In this document: piece after piece, positions 27,467 through 35,610 of the stretch
Numbering within the stretch: the stretch's first letter is position 1
Layout of the letters: the number at the start of each line of letters is the position of its first letter
NCBI GenBank assembly: GCA_043800705.1
Contig: JAZDMS010000019.1
Coordinates: forward strand, 1 to 35,610
Direction: 5' to 3'
Origin: Candidatus Altiarchaeota archaeon
Lineage (GTDB): Archaea; Altiarchaeota; Altiarchaeia; IMC4; SCGC-AAA252-I15
DNA: 35,610 bases
The notes under the pieces: generated by a model
What the model saw: only the letters and a program-made list of their open reading frames with translations
Told to the model about the DNA's origin: nothing
Databases searched by the model: none
Translations under genes and position numbers: made by a program

Positions 27467-28425
27467 CATTTCAGCATCGCGAGCCTTGCTAGAATAATCT
27501 TATGCTGCGTCGCTTCTTCACCCCTTTATCCGGCAGGCAGGTATGTATTTTGAGGGCTATTTATGACACAGAATTCGCTTCCGGTAACCGTGTTCTAATT
27601 CTCGGGTGTCCTTCCTGGCTGTGCTTATCCTCTGATCAGTGAGCAACATGCCGCCTGGCTTTAGGCTACTAAGAAGCTTGTCGACAACGGCCACCTTCTC
27701 CTTGCCGAGGATCTTCCTTTGGCCGAGGAAGCAGACTATCACATCATAGGATGATTGTTTGGAGGGGTAGTCTTTGATGTCTCCGACTATGACGTCCACC
27801 TTCTTGAGGTATTTCTTCGGAACATCTACGACGAATACGGAGTCGTAAAGTGGGTGCAGTTTAGTTTTTCCTGTCCTGTCCTCGCTTATGCCCTGCTTTA
27901 TTGCCGCCGCCTCGATGTCCGCCCGCATCCGCCGCGGATACGTCTGAGCGTCGACCTTGACCCTCTTCGCCCCCGGCAGAAAATCGAGGACATATCTTCT
28001 GAGGCCTTCCTTCTCGGAATCCTGCGAATAGAGGGGGAATACTGTGACGATTTTTTGAGCCTTGAAGGCTTCCGCGACCCGGGGGTCGATCTCCACGGCG
28101 GTGACATGATATTCGAACTTGAAGCGGCGCTTCATCGATTCCAGCTTCGAAACCAGCTCAAGAGCCTCCCAGCTCATCCGCCGATCCAGGTGGGCTGGCA
28201 GTTCTGCCTTGCAGGGGATGGGATTCGGCCTGCTGAGGCCGAGCCCAACTAAAAGGACGGAGATATCCCGGCCGGGACTGACTTTGACCAGCGATTCAAG
28301 CTCGTCGAACGCCCTCCATCTGCGGCCGAAATACGTCTTATGGACGTGATCCCACACCTGAGGAGCCATGACTTCCGACGTGTCGTCAAAGGATTCTGTC
28401 AGCATTTCAGCATCGCGAGCCTTGC
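27467..28425. repeat. 23-bp direct repeat CATTTCAGCATCGCGAGCCTTGC (27467-27489 and 28403-28425)
   Basis: Exact match; the second copy is the 3' end of rfcS (ARLAMLK) and the first is intergenic. Confidence 0.9.
27557..28405 (-). CDS. CheR-like SAM-dependent methyltransferase domain protein (282 aa)
   Basis: ATG 28405 overlaps the rfcS 3' end; TYFGR..AF..L, E..EL...L, VTAVEID, GDI...SYDVIVC, L..SLKPGG.L follow the CheR pattern. Confidence 0.6.
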   Translation of the reverse strand: MLTESFDDTSEVMAPQVWDHVHKTYFGRRWRAFDELESLVKVSPGRDISVLLVGLGLSRPNPIPCKAELPAHLDRRMSWEALELVSKLESMKRRFKFEYHVTAVEIDPRVAEAFKAQKIVTVFPLYSQDSEKEGLRRYVLDFLPGAKRVKVDAQTYPRRMRADIEAAAIKQGISEDRTGKTKLHPLYDSVFVVDVPKKYLKKVDVIVGDIKDYPSKQSSYDVIVCFLGQRKILGKEKVAVVDKLLSSLKPGGMLLTDQRISTARKDTRELEHGYRKRILCHK

Positions 28426-29340
28426 GAGGAGGGCTTCCAGCTGTATCCGCTCGTTGGCCCCCTCCACGAGCGTGAAGTTGGCTTCGCCGACGAGGTCGAT
28501 TATCCTTACCTTGACTTTGTCGTCGGCTTGGATGTTGAACGCCTCCCTGTTCATCTGCAGGAGTATGTCCTCTCCGCAGAGGCCGACATTGAGCATGAGC
28601 TTGTCCAGGAGGCTCCTTGCCTCGAGGAACTTGCCCGAGAGGGCGAGGTTGAGGAGGTTCTTGATGTCCTCCGGCTTCGCCCGCGTCGTTATGGAGTAGA
28701 CGTTGTCTTCGTTGACGGCTCCGAGGGCTGCGGCGCTCTGGAGTATGTTGACCGCCCGCCTCATGTCGCCTTCGCTGACGTAGAGTATCGCCTCGAAACC
28801 CTTCTCGTCGCATTTGCCGCCTTCGGCCTTCATTATCCGCTCCAGGTATCTCTTGACGTCGTCCTTGGCGACCCTCGTGAACCTGAAGACCGCGCACCTG
28901 CTCTGGATCGGCTCGATTATCTTTGAGCTGTAGTTGCACGAGAGTATGAACCTGCACGTGGCAGTGTACTGCTCCATCGTCCTCCTCATCGCGTTCTGGG
29001 CGTCGTTGGTGAGGGAGTCGGACTCGTCTAGGAATATTATCTTGAAGTCGCCGTTGATGGGCCTCGTCCTGGCGAAGTCCTTGATCTTGACGCGGACTAC
29101 GTCGATGCCGCGCTCGTCGGACGCGTTCAGTTCGAGGAAGTCGTGGGTGATGTCGCCGAAGAGCTCCCGGGCCATGCACATCGCCGCCGTCGTCTTCCCG
29201 ACGCCCGCGGGGCCGGCGAACAGGAGGTGCGGCATGCTCCTGGCCTTCACGTACGCCTCGAGCCTGCCGACTATCGGGTCCTGGCCTATGATGTCTTTGA
29301 GCATCTTCGGCCGGTATTTCTCCGTCCAGGGAAGTTCCAT
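28399..29340 (-). CDS. rfcS: Replication factor C small subunit
   Basis: PWTEKYRP, GPAGVGKTT, ELNASDERGIDVVR, LDESD, IQSRC, GDMRRAVN; no intein. Confidence 0.97.
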   Translation of the reverse strand: MELPWTEKYRPKMLKDIIGQDPIVGRLEAYVKARSMPHLLFAGPAGVGKTTAAMCMARELFGDITHDFLELNASDERGIDVVRVKIKDFARTRPINGDFKIIFLDESDSLTNDAQNAMRRTMEQYTATCRFILSCNYSSKIIEPIQSRCAVFRFTRVAKDDVKRYLERIMKAEGGKCDEKGFEAILYVSEGDMRRAVNILQSAAALGAVNEDNVYSITTRAKPEDIKNLLNLALSGKFLEARSLLDKLMLNVGLCGEDILLQMNREAFNIQADDKVKVRIIDLVGEANFTLVEGANERIQLEALLARLAMLKC

Positions 29341-29416
29341 ATGGATAGATATTGGATACGGCAATAAAAGGTGTTGGGGTCCGAAGGCATGTCATCATCC
29401 ATGTGCCGGTCGGATG

Positions 29417-30112
29417 CTACTTTTTCCGCCTAGCCTGGACCAGGATCAATGCCCCCGCACCCATGATGACAGCGACCAAAGCCATTATCGGCAGGGACAG
29501 GAGGCCGAATCCCATAAGGCACCATAAGCCTCCGTCGTCCGTCTTCCCTTCTTGGCCATAGCATCGGCCTTCCAGCGGGGTCTGGCCTACAGGGCATTCC
29601 GTCCGGGGGGCACAACCAGTCTGGGCGCCGTCCCATTCGTATCCCGGCTTGCAGGCGTATGATTTGCCCAGCAGGAGGGCGTTCTCTGGCACGCCTTCTT
29701 CTACGCAGCCTTTGGGGTCCGCCTTGGAATCGCCAACCTTGCAGTACTGGCCTTCTGCGCAGTCGCATTCGGGGTTTTTCCCGCACGCCATGCCCTTCGG
29801 CGGATCGCAGTCCGCCTTGAGAAGGACAGGCCCGCGGGTGGCTGGCTTGGCGCTGATACGGTCGAGGAAGACATCCTCTGCTATCGTCTTGTCGATGTAT
29901 GCCTGCGCTTCCCGCCTGCTTGCGTTCACCTCGAGGACTTCGCCGTCGTCGAAGACGACCATGATATGCGCCCAGCCGTCGATTCCAGAATTCTTCACGA
30001 TCTCCTTGGCCAAGGCTGTGGACGAGCCTTCGCCGTGCATCACGACCTGTGTTTGGGCGGAGGCAGACGCAGCAGAGAGCACCATCATCAGGAATAAAAA
30101 CTTGGCTTTCAT
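29417..30112 (-). CDS. Secreted Cys-rich (EGF-like) protein with C-terminal membrane anchor
   Basis: Signal peptide, CKPGYEW...TGC module, C-terminal TM plus RRKK; ATGA overlap with the upstream gene. Confidence 0.75.
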   Translation of the reverse strand: MKAKFLFLMMVLSAASASAQTQVVMHGEGSSTALAKEIVKNSGIDGWAHIMVVFDDGEVLEVNASRREAQAYIDKTIAEDVFLDRISAKPATRGPVLLKADCDPPKGMACGKNPECDCAEGQYCKVGDSKADPKGCVEEGVPENALLLGKSYACKPGYEWDGAQTGCAPRTECPVGQTPLEGRCYGQEGKTDDGGLWCLMGFGLLSLPIMALVAVIMGAGALILVQARRKK

Positions 30113-31539
30113 GGACCACCCTGCTTCTTGTATTCCGTCAACGTCTCCGCGGGATTCAGCTTACCCTTATGGCCCCAGTAGGTGCCCCCGGGCGTCAGGA
30201 GGGAGTCGGCCATGGTTTGGTCGTCGAGGGAGTAGCACGAGTGCATGTAGACGTAGTCCATGTTGAACGACTGCCCCTTGAACTTCTCATCCACCATCTG
30301 GTCCGCCTTCTCGTTGGACGCTCCGAGGGCGACATACTTGTCCTTCATCGCCTGCTTCCCGAAGGATACGAAGTCCTTGCCGCCGTTCAGGTTCTCGATG
30401 GTCGGGGTCACCTTCTCCCTGCCGGCTTCGTAGTCCGCCTCGGAGTCCGGGCCGTCGCCGTGGCCGAAGTATGCCATCGCCTTGACTTCAGGGTCCGTCA
30501 TCCGCTTCAGCATGTCGTCCCTGCCGTTGACGGTTATCGTGCTGACGTCGTAGCCCTGCCTCATATAGAAGTTCTTTATGTGGCGGATCTTGTTCTGGGA
30601 GAATAGCTTGTGCCTCCAGCTCATGTCGTTGCTGATGAATATGTATGCCGTTTTTTTCATCTGCCGGCATGTGGTGTAGTCGTCCGTCCATTCGAAGCCG
30701 AGGTCGCATTCGCAGTCGCATTTGTTCTCCGGCGTCATCCTGGTGAAAATCGCCTTGTCCCCGAACCTACCGGCACAGTATGCGTCGCAGTCGGGGCATG
30801 CGCCGCAGTCGAGCTTGCAGTTGACGCAGTTTTCTGCGCGTGAGGATTCGCAGATCGTGTTCTTGTTGCATCCGCCCTGGTCCTTCATGCACTGCGCATC
30901 CTGGCACGAGAGGCCCTGCTTGCCACACGCCTGGACGGTCTGCCTCTGACACCCGAGCGACGACGAGAAGCACATGTACTGGTAGACAGTGTCGCCGTCG
31001 CAGTACTTCGCGCCCTTGCCGGGGCAGTCCGTCAATATCTTGCACGAGGCCGAACCGGTCTTCTTCGCGCATTCGGTCCTGCCTGCATTCCACGCATACC
31101 CTTCCTTGCACACGCACTCTGTCCCGTATGGGACCGCATTCAGCGGGCATTTGATGGCGTCATAGGGCGATACGCAACCGCTGGGGAGGGCCTTCGGATT
31201 CCCGGGGTCGCATGTCTGGCCTCCGAGGCACGAGCACTCGCCGGAGGTCCGGCAGTTCTCCCCCACCTGCGGGTCGCATTTGCTGTTGCCGGGGCCTGCA
31301 GGAAGCGTGTCCTCAGTAGTAGGAGGCGAGCCCGTCGGTGTCGGCTTGTTAGGCTGCGTCGTAGCCGGCGCACTCGGTGCGACAGCGATGCACCACCGAT
31401 AGTGCGCGGGGTCTGTGGGGTCGTCGTAGCAGCGGTAGGTGAGCCCGTTCTCCGTCTCCGTCCACTCCTTCGCGGACGCGCCCGCGGCGATAATGATTAA
31501 AAACAGAAGCGACGCAACTGCTGCGAGGTGACGTGGCAT
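30109..31539 (-). CDS. Secreted Cys-rich protein with C-terminal putative clan CD (caspase/gingipain-like) peptidase domain
   Basis: Signal peptide, EGF-like repeats (C.C..G..W...T.C), then AMAYFGHG and YVYMHSCYS. Confidence 0.6.
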   Translation of the reverse strand: MPRHLAAVASLLFLIIIAAGASAKEWTETENGLTYRCYDDPTDPAHYRWCIAVAPSAPATTQPNKPTPTGSPPTTEDTLPAGPGNSKCDPQVGENCRTSGECSCLGGQTCDPGNPKALPSGCVSPYDAIKCPLNAVPYGTECVCKEGYAWNAGRTECAKKTGSASCKILTDCPGKGAKYCDGDTVYQYMCFSSSLGCQRQTVQACGKQGLSCQDAQCMKDQGGCNKNTICESSRAENCVNCKLDCGACPDCDAYCAGRFGDKAIFTRMTPENKCDCECDLGFEWTDDYTTCRQMKKTAYIFISNDMSWRHKLFSQNKIRHIKNFYMRQGYDVSTITVNGRDDMLKRMTDPEVKAMAYFGHGDGPDSEADYEAGREKVTPTIENLNGGKDFVSFGKQAMKDKYVALGASNEKADQMVDEKFKGQSFNMDYVYMHSCYSLDDQTMADSLLTPGGTYWGHKGKLNPAETLTEYKKQGGP

Positions 31540-31603
31540 CGGATATATTTTGCATTCCAGTCAAAAAAACGGATATATACGACCCGGAAGCAAATCCATA
31601 TCA

Positions 31604-32188
31604 ATGAAGAAGCGCTCCCGTGGTCTCGCAGGCCTCGACGCCCTAATCCTGTTCATCGCACTGCTACTTGTCGCCGCCGTCACCGGGATGGTGCTCATGA
31701 GCGCGCACGCCAACCTCATAAACAGGGGGCAGACCATCCAGAAAGAGAAGGTGAAGGAGATCCAGAAGCCGATAATCGTCGAGTCGCTCAGGGGTGTGGA
31801 CACCGACGACGACGGCAGCCTGAACCAGCTCGTCTTTGCAGCCCACCTGAGGGACGGAGACGAACCCATCAACTTCAACTCCACGATAATCATCGTCAAC
31901 ACGAAGGCCCTGAACTGCACGACGCTGCAGTACGGCCCCGACGCCGACGAGAACTGCTCGTATACCCTCTCGTATGCGAAGCGAAGCAGGGACTTCGAGT
32001 ATGACTACCTCAACAGAGGCGACTTCATCGAGGTCTCATATAGCGGGCCGAACGTCATCGCAAGGGTCGAGGACACGCGGGCAAGGTTCACATTCGTCCC
32101 GTCCCACGGCTCCACCACCGACATAAAGGCCAGCATACCAGAGAGGATAACGCCGAATAACATGCAGATATGGCCTCTCAACGGCTGA
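31604..32188 (+). CDS. Archaellin/type IV pilin-like protein
   Basis: Class III signal peptide MKKRSRG|LAGLDALILFIALLLVAAVTG, like the archaellin N-terminus. Confidence 0.8.
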   Translation: MKKRSRGLAGLDALILFIALLLVAAVTGMVLMSAHANLINRGQTIQKEKVKEIQKPIIVESLRGVDTDDDGSLNQLVFAAHLRDGDEPINFNSTIIIVNTKALNCTTLQYGPDADENCSYTLSYAKRSRDFEYDYLNRGDFIEVSYSGPNVIARVEDTRARFTFVPSHGSTTDIKASIPERITPNNMQIWPLNG

Positions 32189-32226
32189 ATCCGCTTTTAT
32201 CCTCTTTTTCTGTATATTTCTAAACC

Positions 32227-35200
32227 ATGGTCAACGCCGTCGGAGACTATAAGCCCAGGGAATTGGAGGAGATGATCCTCGACCACTGGAGAAGGCACCA
32301 TGTGATGGAGGAAACCCTGAAGCGGAGGAAGGGGGACTCGTTCAACTTCCTCGAGGGGCCGCCGACCGCCAACGCGCCGCCCGCCCTCCACCACGTCGAG
32401 GTGAGGACCTTCAAGGACGCGGTCAACAGGTTCCAGTACATGCAGGGCAGGAGCGTCCCGAGGAAGGCCGGCTGGGACTGCCACGGCCTGCCCGTCGAGG
32501 TGCAGGTCGAGAAGGAGCTGAAGCTCGCCAACAAGAAGGACATCGTCGAGTACGGCGTGGACAAGTTCGTCGAGAAGTGCAGGACAAGCGTCTTCAGCCA
32601 CATCAGGGAGTGGGACACCCTCACCGAGAGGATGGGCTACTGGGTCGACCTCAAGGACCCGTACGTCACCATGGACAACGGCTACATAGAGAGCGTCTGG
32701 TGGAGCCTGAAGAAGCTCTGGGACCTCGAGATGCTCTACGAAGGATACCGCGTCGTGCCCTTCTGCCCCCGCTGCGGGACGCCCCTCTCGTCGCACGAGG
32801 TCGCGCTCGGCTATCAGACCGTCAAGGACGAGACGGTCATAGTCGCGTTCAGGTCCAGGAAGGAGGACTACAGCCTCCTCGCATGGACGACGACACCCTG
32901 GACACTCCTGAGCAACGTCGCCCTCGCCGTGCATCCCGGGATCACGTACGCCAAGATCAAATACAAGGGGGAAAGATACGTCCTCGCGAAGGACCTCGCA
33001 ATGAAGAGGTTCCCGGAGGCCGACATCGAAGCCGAGTTCAAAGGCAAGGAACTCATAGGCGTCGAATATCACCCCATTTTCAGCCACTTCAACGGCAAGC
33101 TCCACAAGCCCGCCTGGAGGGTGATCGCGGGAGACTTCGTCTCGACCGAGGAGGGGACCGGCATCGTCCATATCGCCCCTGCTTTCGGCGAAGACGACTA
33201 CAACGCCGGCGCAGCAAACAATCTCCCGGTCGTGAACCCCGTCAACCAGGAAGGCGAATTCACGGAAGACATCCCGGAGCTGAAGGGCACCTTCGTCAAG
33301 GACGCGGACCCGAAGATAATCGACTGGCTCGACGAGATGGGGGTATTGATCGCGAAATACCCGTACGAGCACGAGTACCCGTTCTGCTGGAGGTGCAAGA
33401 AGCCCCTCATCTACTACGCGATGAAGTCCTGGTTCATCAAGGTCAGCGACGTAAGGCAGAAGCTCCTTGAGAAGAACGGCGAGATAAGATGGTTCCCGGA
33501 ATCCATAGGCGCCGGAAGGTTCGGCAACTGGCTCGAGAACGCCAAAGACTGGAGCCTGTCCAGGAACCGGTTTTGGGGCACTCCGCTGCCCATCTGGAGA
33601 TGCGAATGCGGCAGGATGAAGGCCATAGGGTCGAGGAAGGAGCTCGAGGATAATGCTGTCTGCAAGGTAGACCCGAAACTCGACCTCCACAGGCCGTACG
33701 TCGACGAAGTCAAACTCAAATGCGTCTGCGGGAAGGAGATGAACAGGGTCGAATACGTCATTGACTGCTGGTACGACTCCGGCGCAGCCGCGTTCGCCCA
33801 GTACCATTACCCCTTCGAGAACAAGGAACTGTTCGAAGAGAGCTTCCCATACGACTTCATATGCGAAGCCACTGACCAGACCCGCGGATGGTTCTACACC
33901 CTCCTCGTGCTCGGAGCGCTCCTCTTCGACAAGCCAGCCTACTGGAACTGCGTAGTCGGAGGCCTCCTCCTCGACGACAAGGGGGAGAAGATGAGCAAGA
34001 GCAAGAACAACATAGTCGACCCCTGGGAGCTGTTCAACACCGTGGGCGCAGACGCGGTACGCCTGCAGATGTGCTCCACGGCGCCGTGGAACGTGAAAAG
34101 ATTCGGCAAGGACAGCATGAACGAAGCCGTCATACCGATGCTTAGGACCTTGTGGAACTGCTACTCATTCACTGTCAGATACATGCTCTTGGACAAATAC
34201 GACCCCTCGGACAGGACCGTCGACAAAAAACATTTCACCGAAGAGGACTGGTGGATAACATCCGCCGCGAACCAGATGGGCTCCTCGGTCCACAAGGCGA
34301 TGGAAGGCAACGAATACCACCACGTCGTCGCCGCCCTGAACGAGTTCATAGTCGAGGACCTCTCGAGATGGTACATCAAGCTCATAAGGGACAGACTATG
34401 GCTCGAAGACAGGGACGGAAGGATCAACCCCTCCAAGAAGGCCGCATACGTCACCCTCACCGAAGTGTTCGAGAAGGTCTGCCTCGCGCTCGCGCCGATG
34501 GCGCCGTTCATCACCGAGGAGATATACCTCAACCTCCTCAAAGGCGACGCAAAGAGCATCCACCACATGGGATGGCCTTCAGCATGCGAAGACGTCGACG
34601 AGGAGCTCATCAGGGACATGACGATCGCCAGGGCGATATTCGAGTCAGGAAGCAAATGCCGCCAGGACGCGAAGATAAAGCTCAGGCACCCCATCACGAA
34701 GGTGACGATATCCGGGAACGGGCAGGTCGAGGCCGCGGTGAAGCGGCTGACATCCGTCATCGCGAAGCAGCTGAACTGCAAGGGCGTCGAATACGTCCCT
34801 GCCCTGAAGAACGTGACGTACCAGGCTTCCCCCAACTTCAAGGAGATCGGGCCGAGATACGGCAAGGAGGCGGGGAAGGTCGCGCAGGCGATAAAGTCCA
34901 AGCCTCAGGAGGCGAAGAGGATAAAGGAGTCGGGCAAGGCCGGGAAGATCGACGGCCATGAGATAACGCCCGAGATGATTGCAGACATCAGGATGATCAT
35001 ACCCGAGACCCACGCGGCCGCCGACTTCGCATGCGGGAGCTCGTCGGGCCTCGTCATGATCGAGACGAAAAGGGACCAGTCCCTAATGAACGAAGCCCTC
35101 GCCAGGGACCTCATAAGGCACGTTCAGGAGCTGAGGAAGAAGGCCGACCTGCCGGAGCTGAAGAGGATAATGATAGAAGTCACCAAAGACGAAGACATAG

Positions 35201-35337
35201 GGAAGATGCTGAAAGAGCAGGAAACCGCCATCCTCTACGAGACCCGCGCGGACCAGATAACCCTCAAGGAAGGCCTCGAATCTAAGGACCGCCTCGAATA
35301 CGAAGGCAAGGAGATAAAATACAGGATAACGCACTGA
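32227..35337 (+). CDS. ileS: Isoleucine--tRNA ligase, type 2
   Basis: EGPPTAN, GWDCHGLPVE, WTTTPWTL, GTGIVH.APAFG, WSLSRNRFWGTP, DQTRGWFY, KMSKS; the HIGH position reads ALHH. Confidence 0.98.
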   Translation: MVNAVGDYKPRELEEMILDHWRRHHVMEETLKRRKGDSFNFLEGPPTANAPPALHHVEVRTFKDAVNRFQYMQGRSVPRKAGWDCHGLPVEVQVEKELKLANKKDIVEYGVDKFVEKCRTSVFSHIREWDTLTERMGYWVDLKDPYVTMDNGYIESVWWSLKKLWDLEMLYEGYRVVPFCPRCGTPLSSHEVALGYQTVKDETVIVAFRSRKEDYSLLAWTTTPWTLLSNVALAVHPGITYAKIKYKGERYVLAKDLAMKRFPEADIEAEFKGKELIGVEYHPIFSHFNGKLHKPAWRVIAGDFVSTEEGTGIVHIAPAFGEDDYNAGAANNLPVVNPVNQEGEFTEDIPELKGTFVKDADPKIIDWLDEMGVLIAKYPYEHEYPFCWRCKKPLIYYAMKSWFIKVSDVRQKLLEKNGEIRWFPESIGAGRFGNWLENAKDWSLSRNRFWGTPLPIWRCECGRMKAIGSRKELEDNAVCKVDPKLDLHRPYVDEVKLKCVCGKEMNRVEYVIDCWYDSGAAAFAQYHYPFENKELFEESFPYDFICEATDQTRGWFYTLLVLGALLFDKPAYWNCVVGGLLLDDKGEKMSKSKNNIVDPWELFNTVGADAVRLQMCSTAPWNVKRFGKDSMNEAVIPMLRTLWNCYSFTVRYMLLDKYDPSDRTVDKKHFTEEDWWITSAANQMGSSVHKAMEGNEYHHVVAALNEFIVEDLSRWYIKLIRDRLWLEDRDGRINPSKKAAYVTLTEVFEKVCLALAPMAPFITEEIYLNLLKGDAKSIHHMGWPSACEDVDEELIRDMTIARAIFESGSKCRQDAKIKLRHPITKVTISGNGQVEAAVKRLTSVIAKQLNCKGVEYVPALKNVTYQASPNFKEIGPRYGKEAGKVAQAIKSKPQEAKRIKESGKAGKIDGHEITPEMIADIRMIIPETHAAADFACGSSSGLVMIETKRDQSLMNEALARDLIRHVQELRKKADLPELKRIMIEVTKDEDIGKMLKEQETAILYETRADQITLKEGLESKDRLEYEGKEIKYRITH

Positions 35338-35403
35338 GCTTCGGTTTTTATATGCTAAGTGGCTATATTATATTCCGTTTTTGACTAGAATATACCTTGT
35401 AAA

Positions 35404-35610
35404 ATGAAAGGATCGAAGGGCTACAGGAGGAGGACAAGGCGTCTGAGCGTGAAGCCAAGGGACAAGGGCAAGCTCAGCATACGCTCCATGCTCCAGAAGT
35501 TCGAGGATGACCAGAGGGTCGCCATCAGGATCAACGCGGCATACCAGAACATACCGCACCCAAGGTTCAACGGAAAGACCGGCACGGTCGTCGGCAAGCA
35601 GGGTAGGGCG
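35404..35610 (+). CDS. rpl21e: 50S ribosomal protein L21e (partial)
   Basis: Manual translation MKGSKGYRRRTR...PHPRFNGKTGTVVGKQGRA, running off the window. Confidence 0.92.
   Translation, partial: MKGSKGYRRRTRRLSVKPRDKGKLSIRSMLQKFEDDQRVAIRINAAYQNIPHPRFNGKTGTVVGKQGRA

Noticed and set aside
27557-29398. 613-aa ORF as a single gene
   Set aside because: The first 331 codons are an off-frame overlap of rfcS; only the part from ATG 28405 looks like a protein.
32197-33807. 536-aa antisense ORF and similar long shadow ORFs (e.g. 350-571, 9588-10388, 34152-34961)
   Set aside because: They overlap well-supported genes and are expected from GC-rich codon bias.
1-35610. CRISPR array, tRNA, rRNA, transposase or integrase
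   Set aside because: None recognised; apart from the 23-bp rfcS duplication, the repeats seen are intragenic protein repeats or Thr-codon runs.

Overview
Chromosomal region of an archaeon, identified by ribosomal protein L21e, RFC small subunit, an archaellin-type pilin and an MptA/FolE2-type GTP cyclohydrolase. The many Cys-rich, Thr-linker surface proteins and an S-layer-like gene suggest a DPANN lineage such as Altiarchaeota (inference only). About 37 genes are tightly packed. The centrepiece is a minus-strand cluster: REC-HATPase kinase, folP, [two inserted, more AT-rich surface-protein genes], folK, a small RHH regulator missed by the ORF track, queD, queC, queE, mptA/folE2. It joins bacterial-type folate genes to the preQ0 (archaeosine precursor) pathway. 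Its QueD carries the dual-function PTPS-I/III motif CExPHGH, and a palindromic operator candidate precedes the RHH gene. Other notable items: a chimeric S-layer/adhesin/C-type-lectin-like protein, an IleRS with the non-canonical ALHH signature, a 23-bp duplication of the rfcS 3' end flanking a CheR-like methyltransferase, a secreted Cys-rich protein with a clan-CD protease-like dyad, a probably inactive transglutaminase-like protein and a candidate structured RNA. Three +1 homopolymer indels, probably sequencing errors, split a DNA methyltransferase, create a false QueE-MptA fusion and displace a start codon. No CRISPR, tRNA, rRNA, integrase or transposase was recognised. All assignments are by eye, without database searches.
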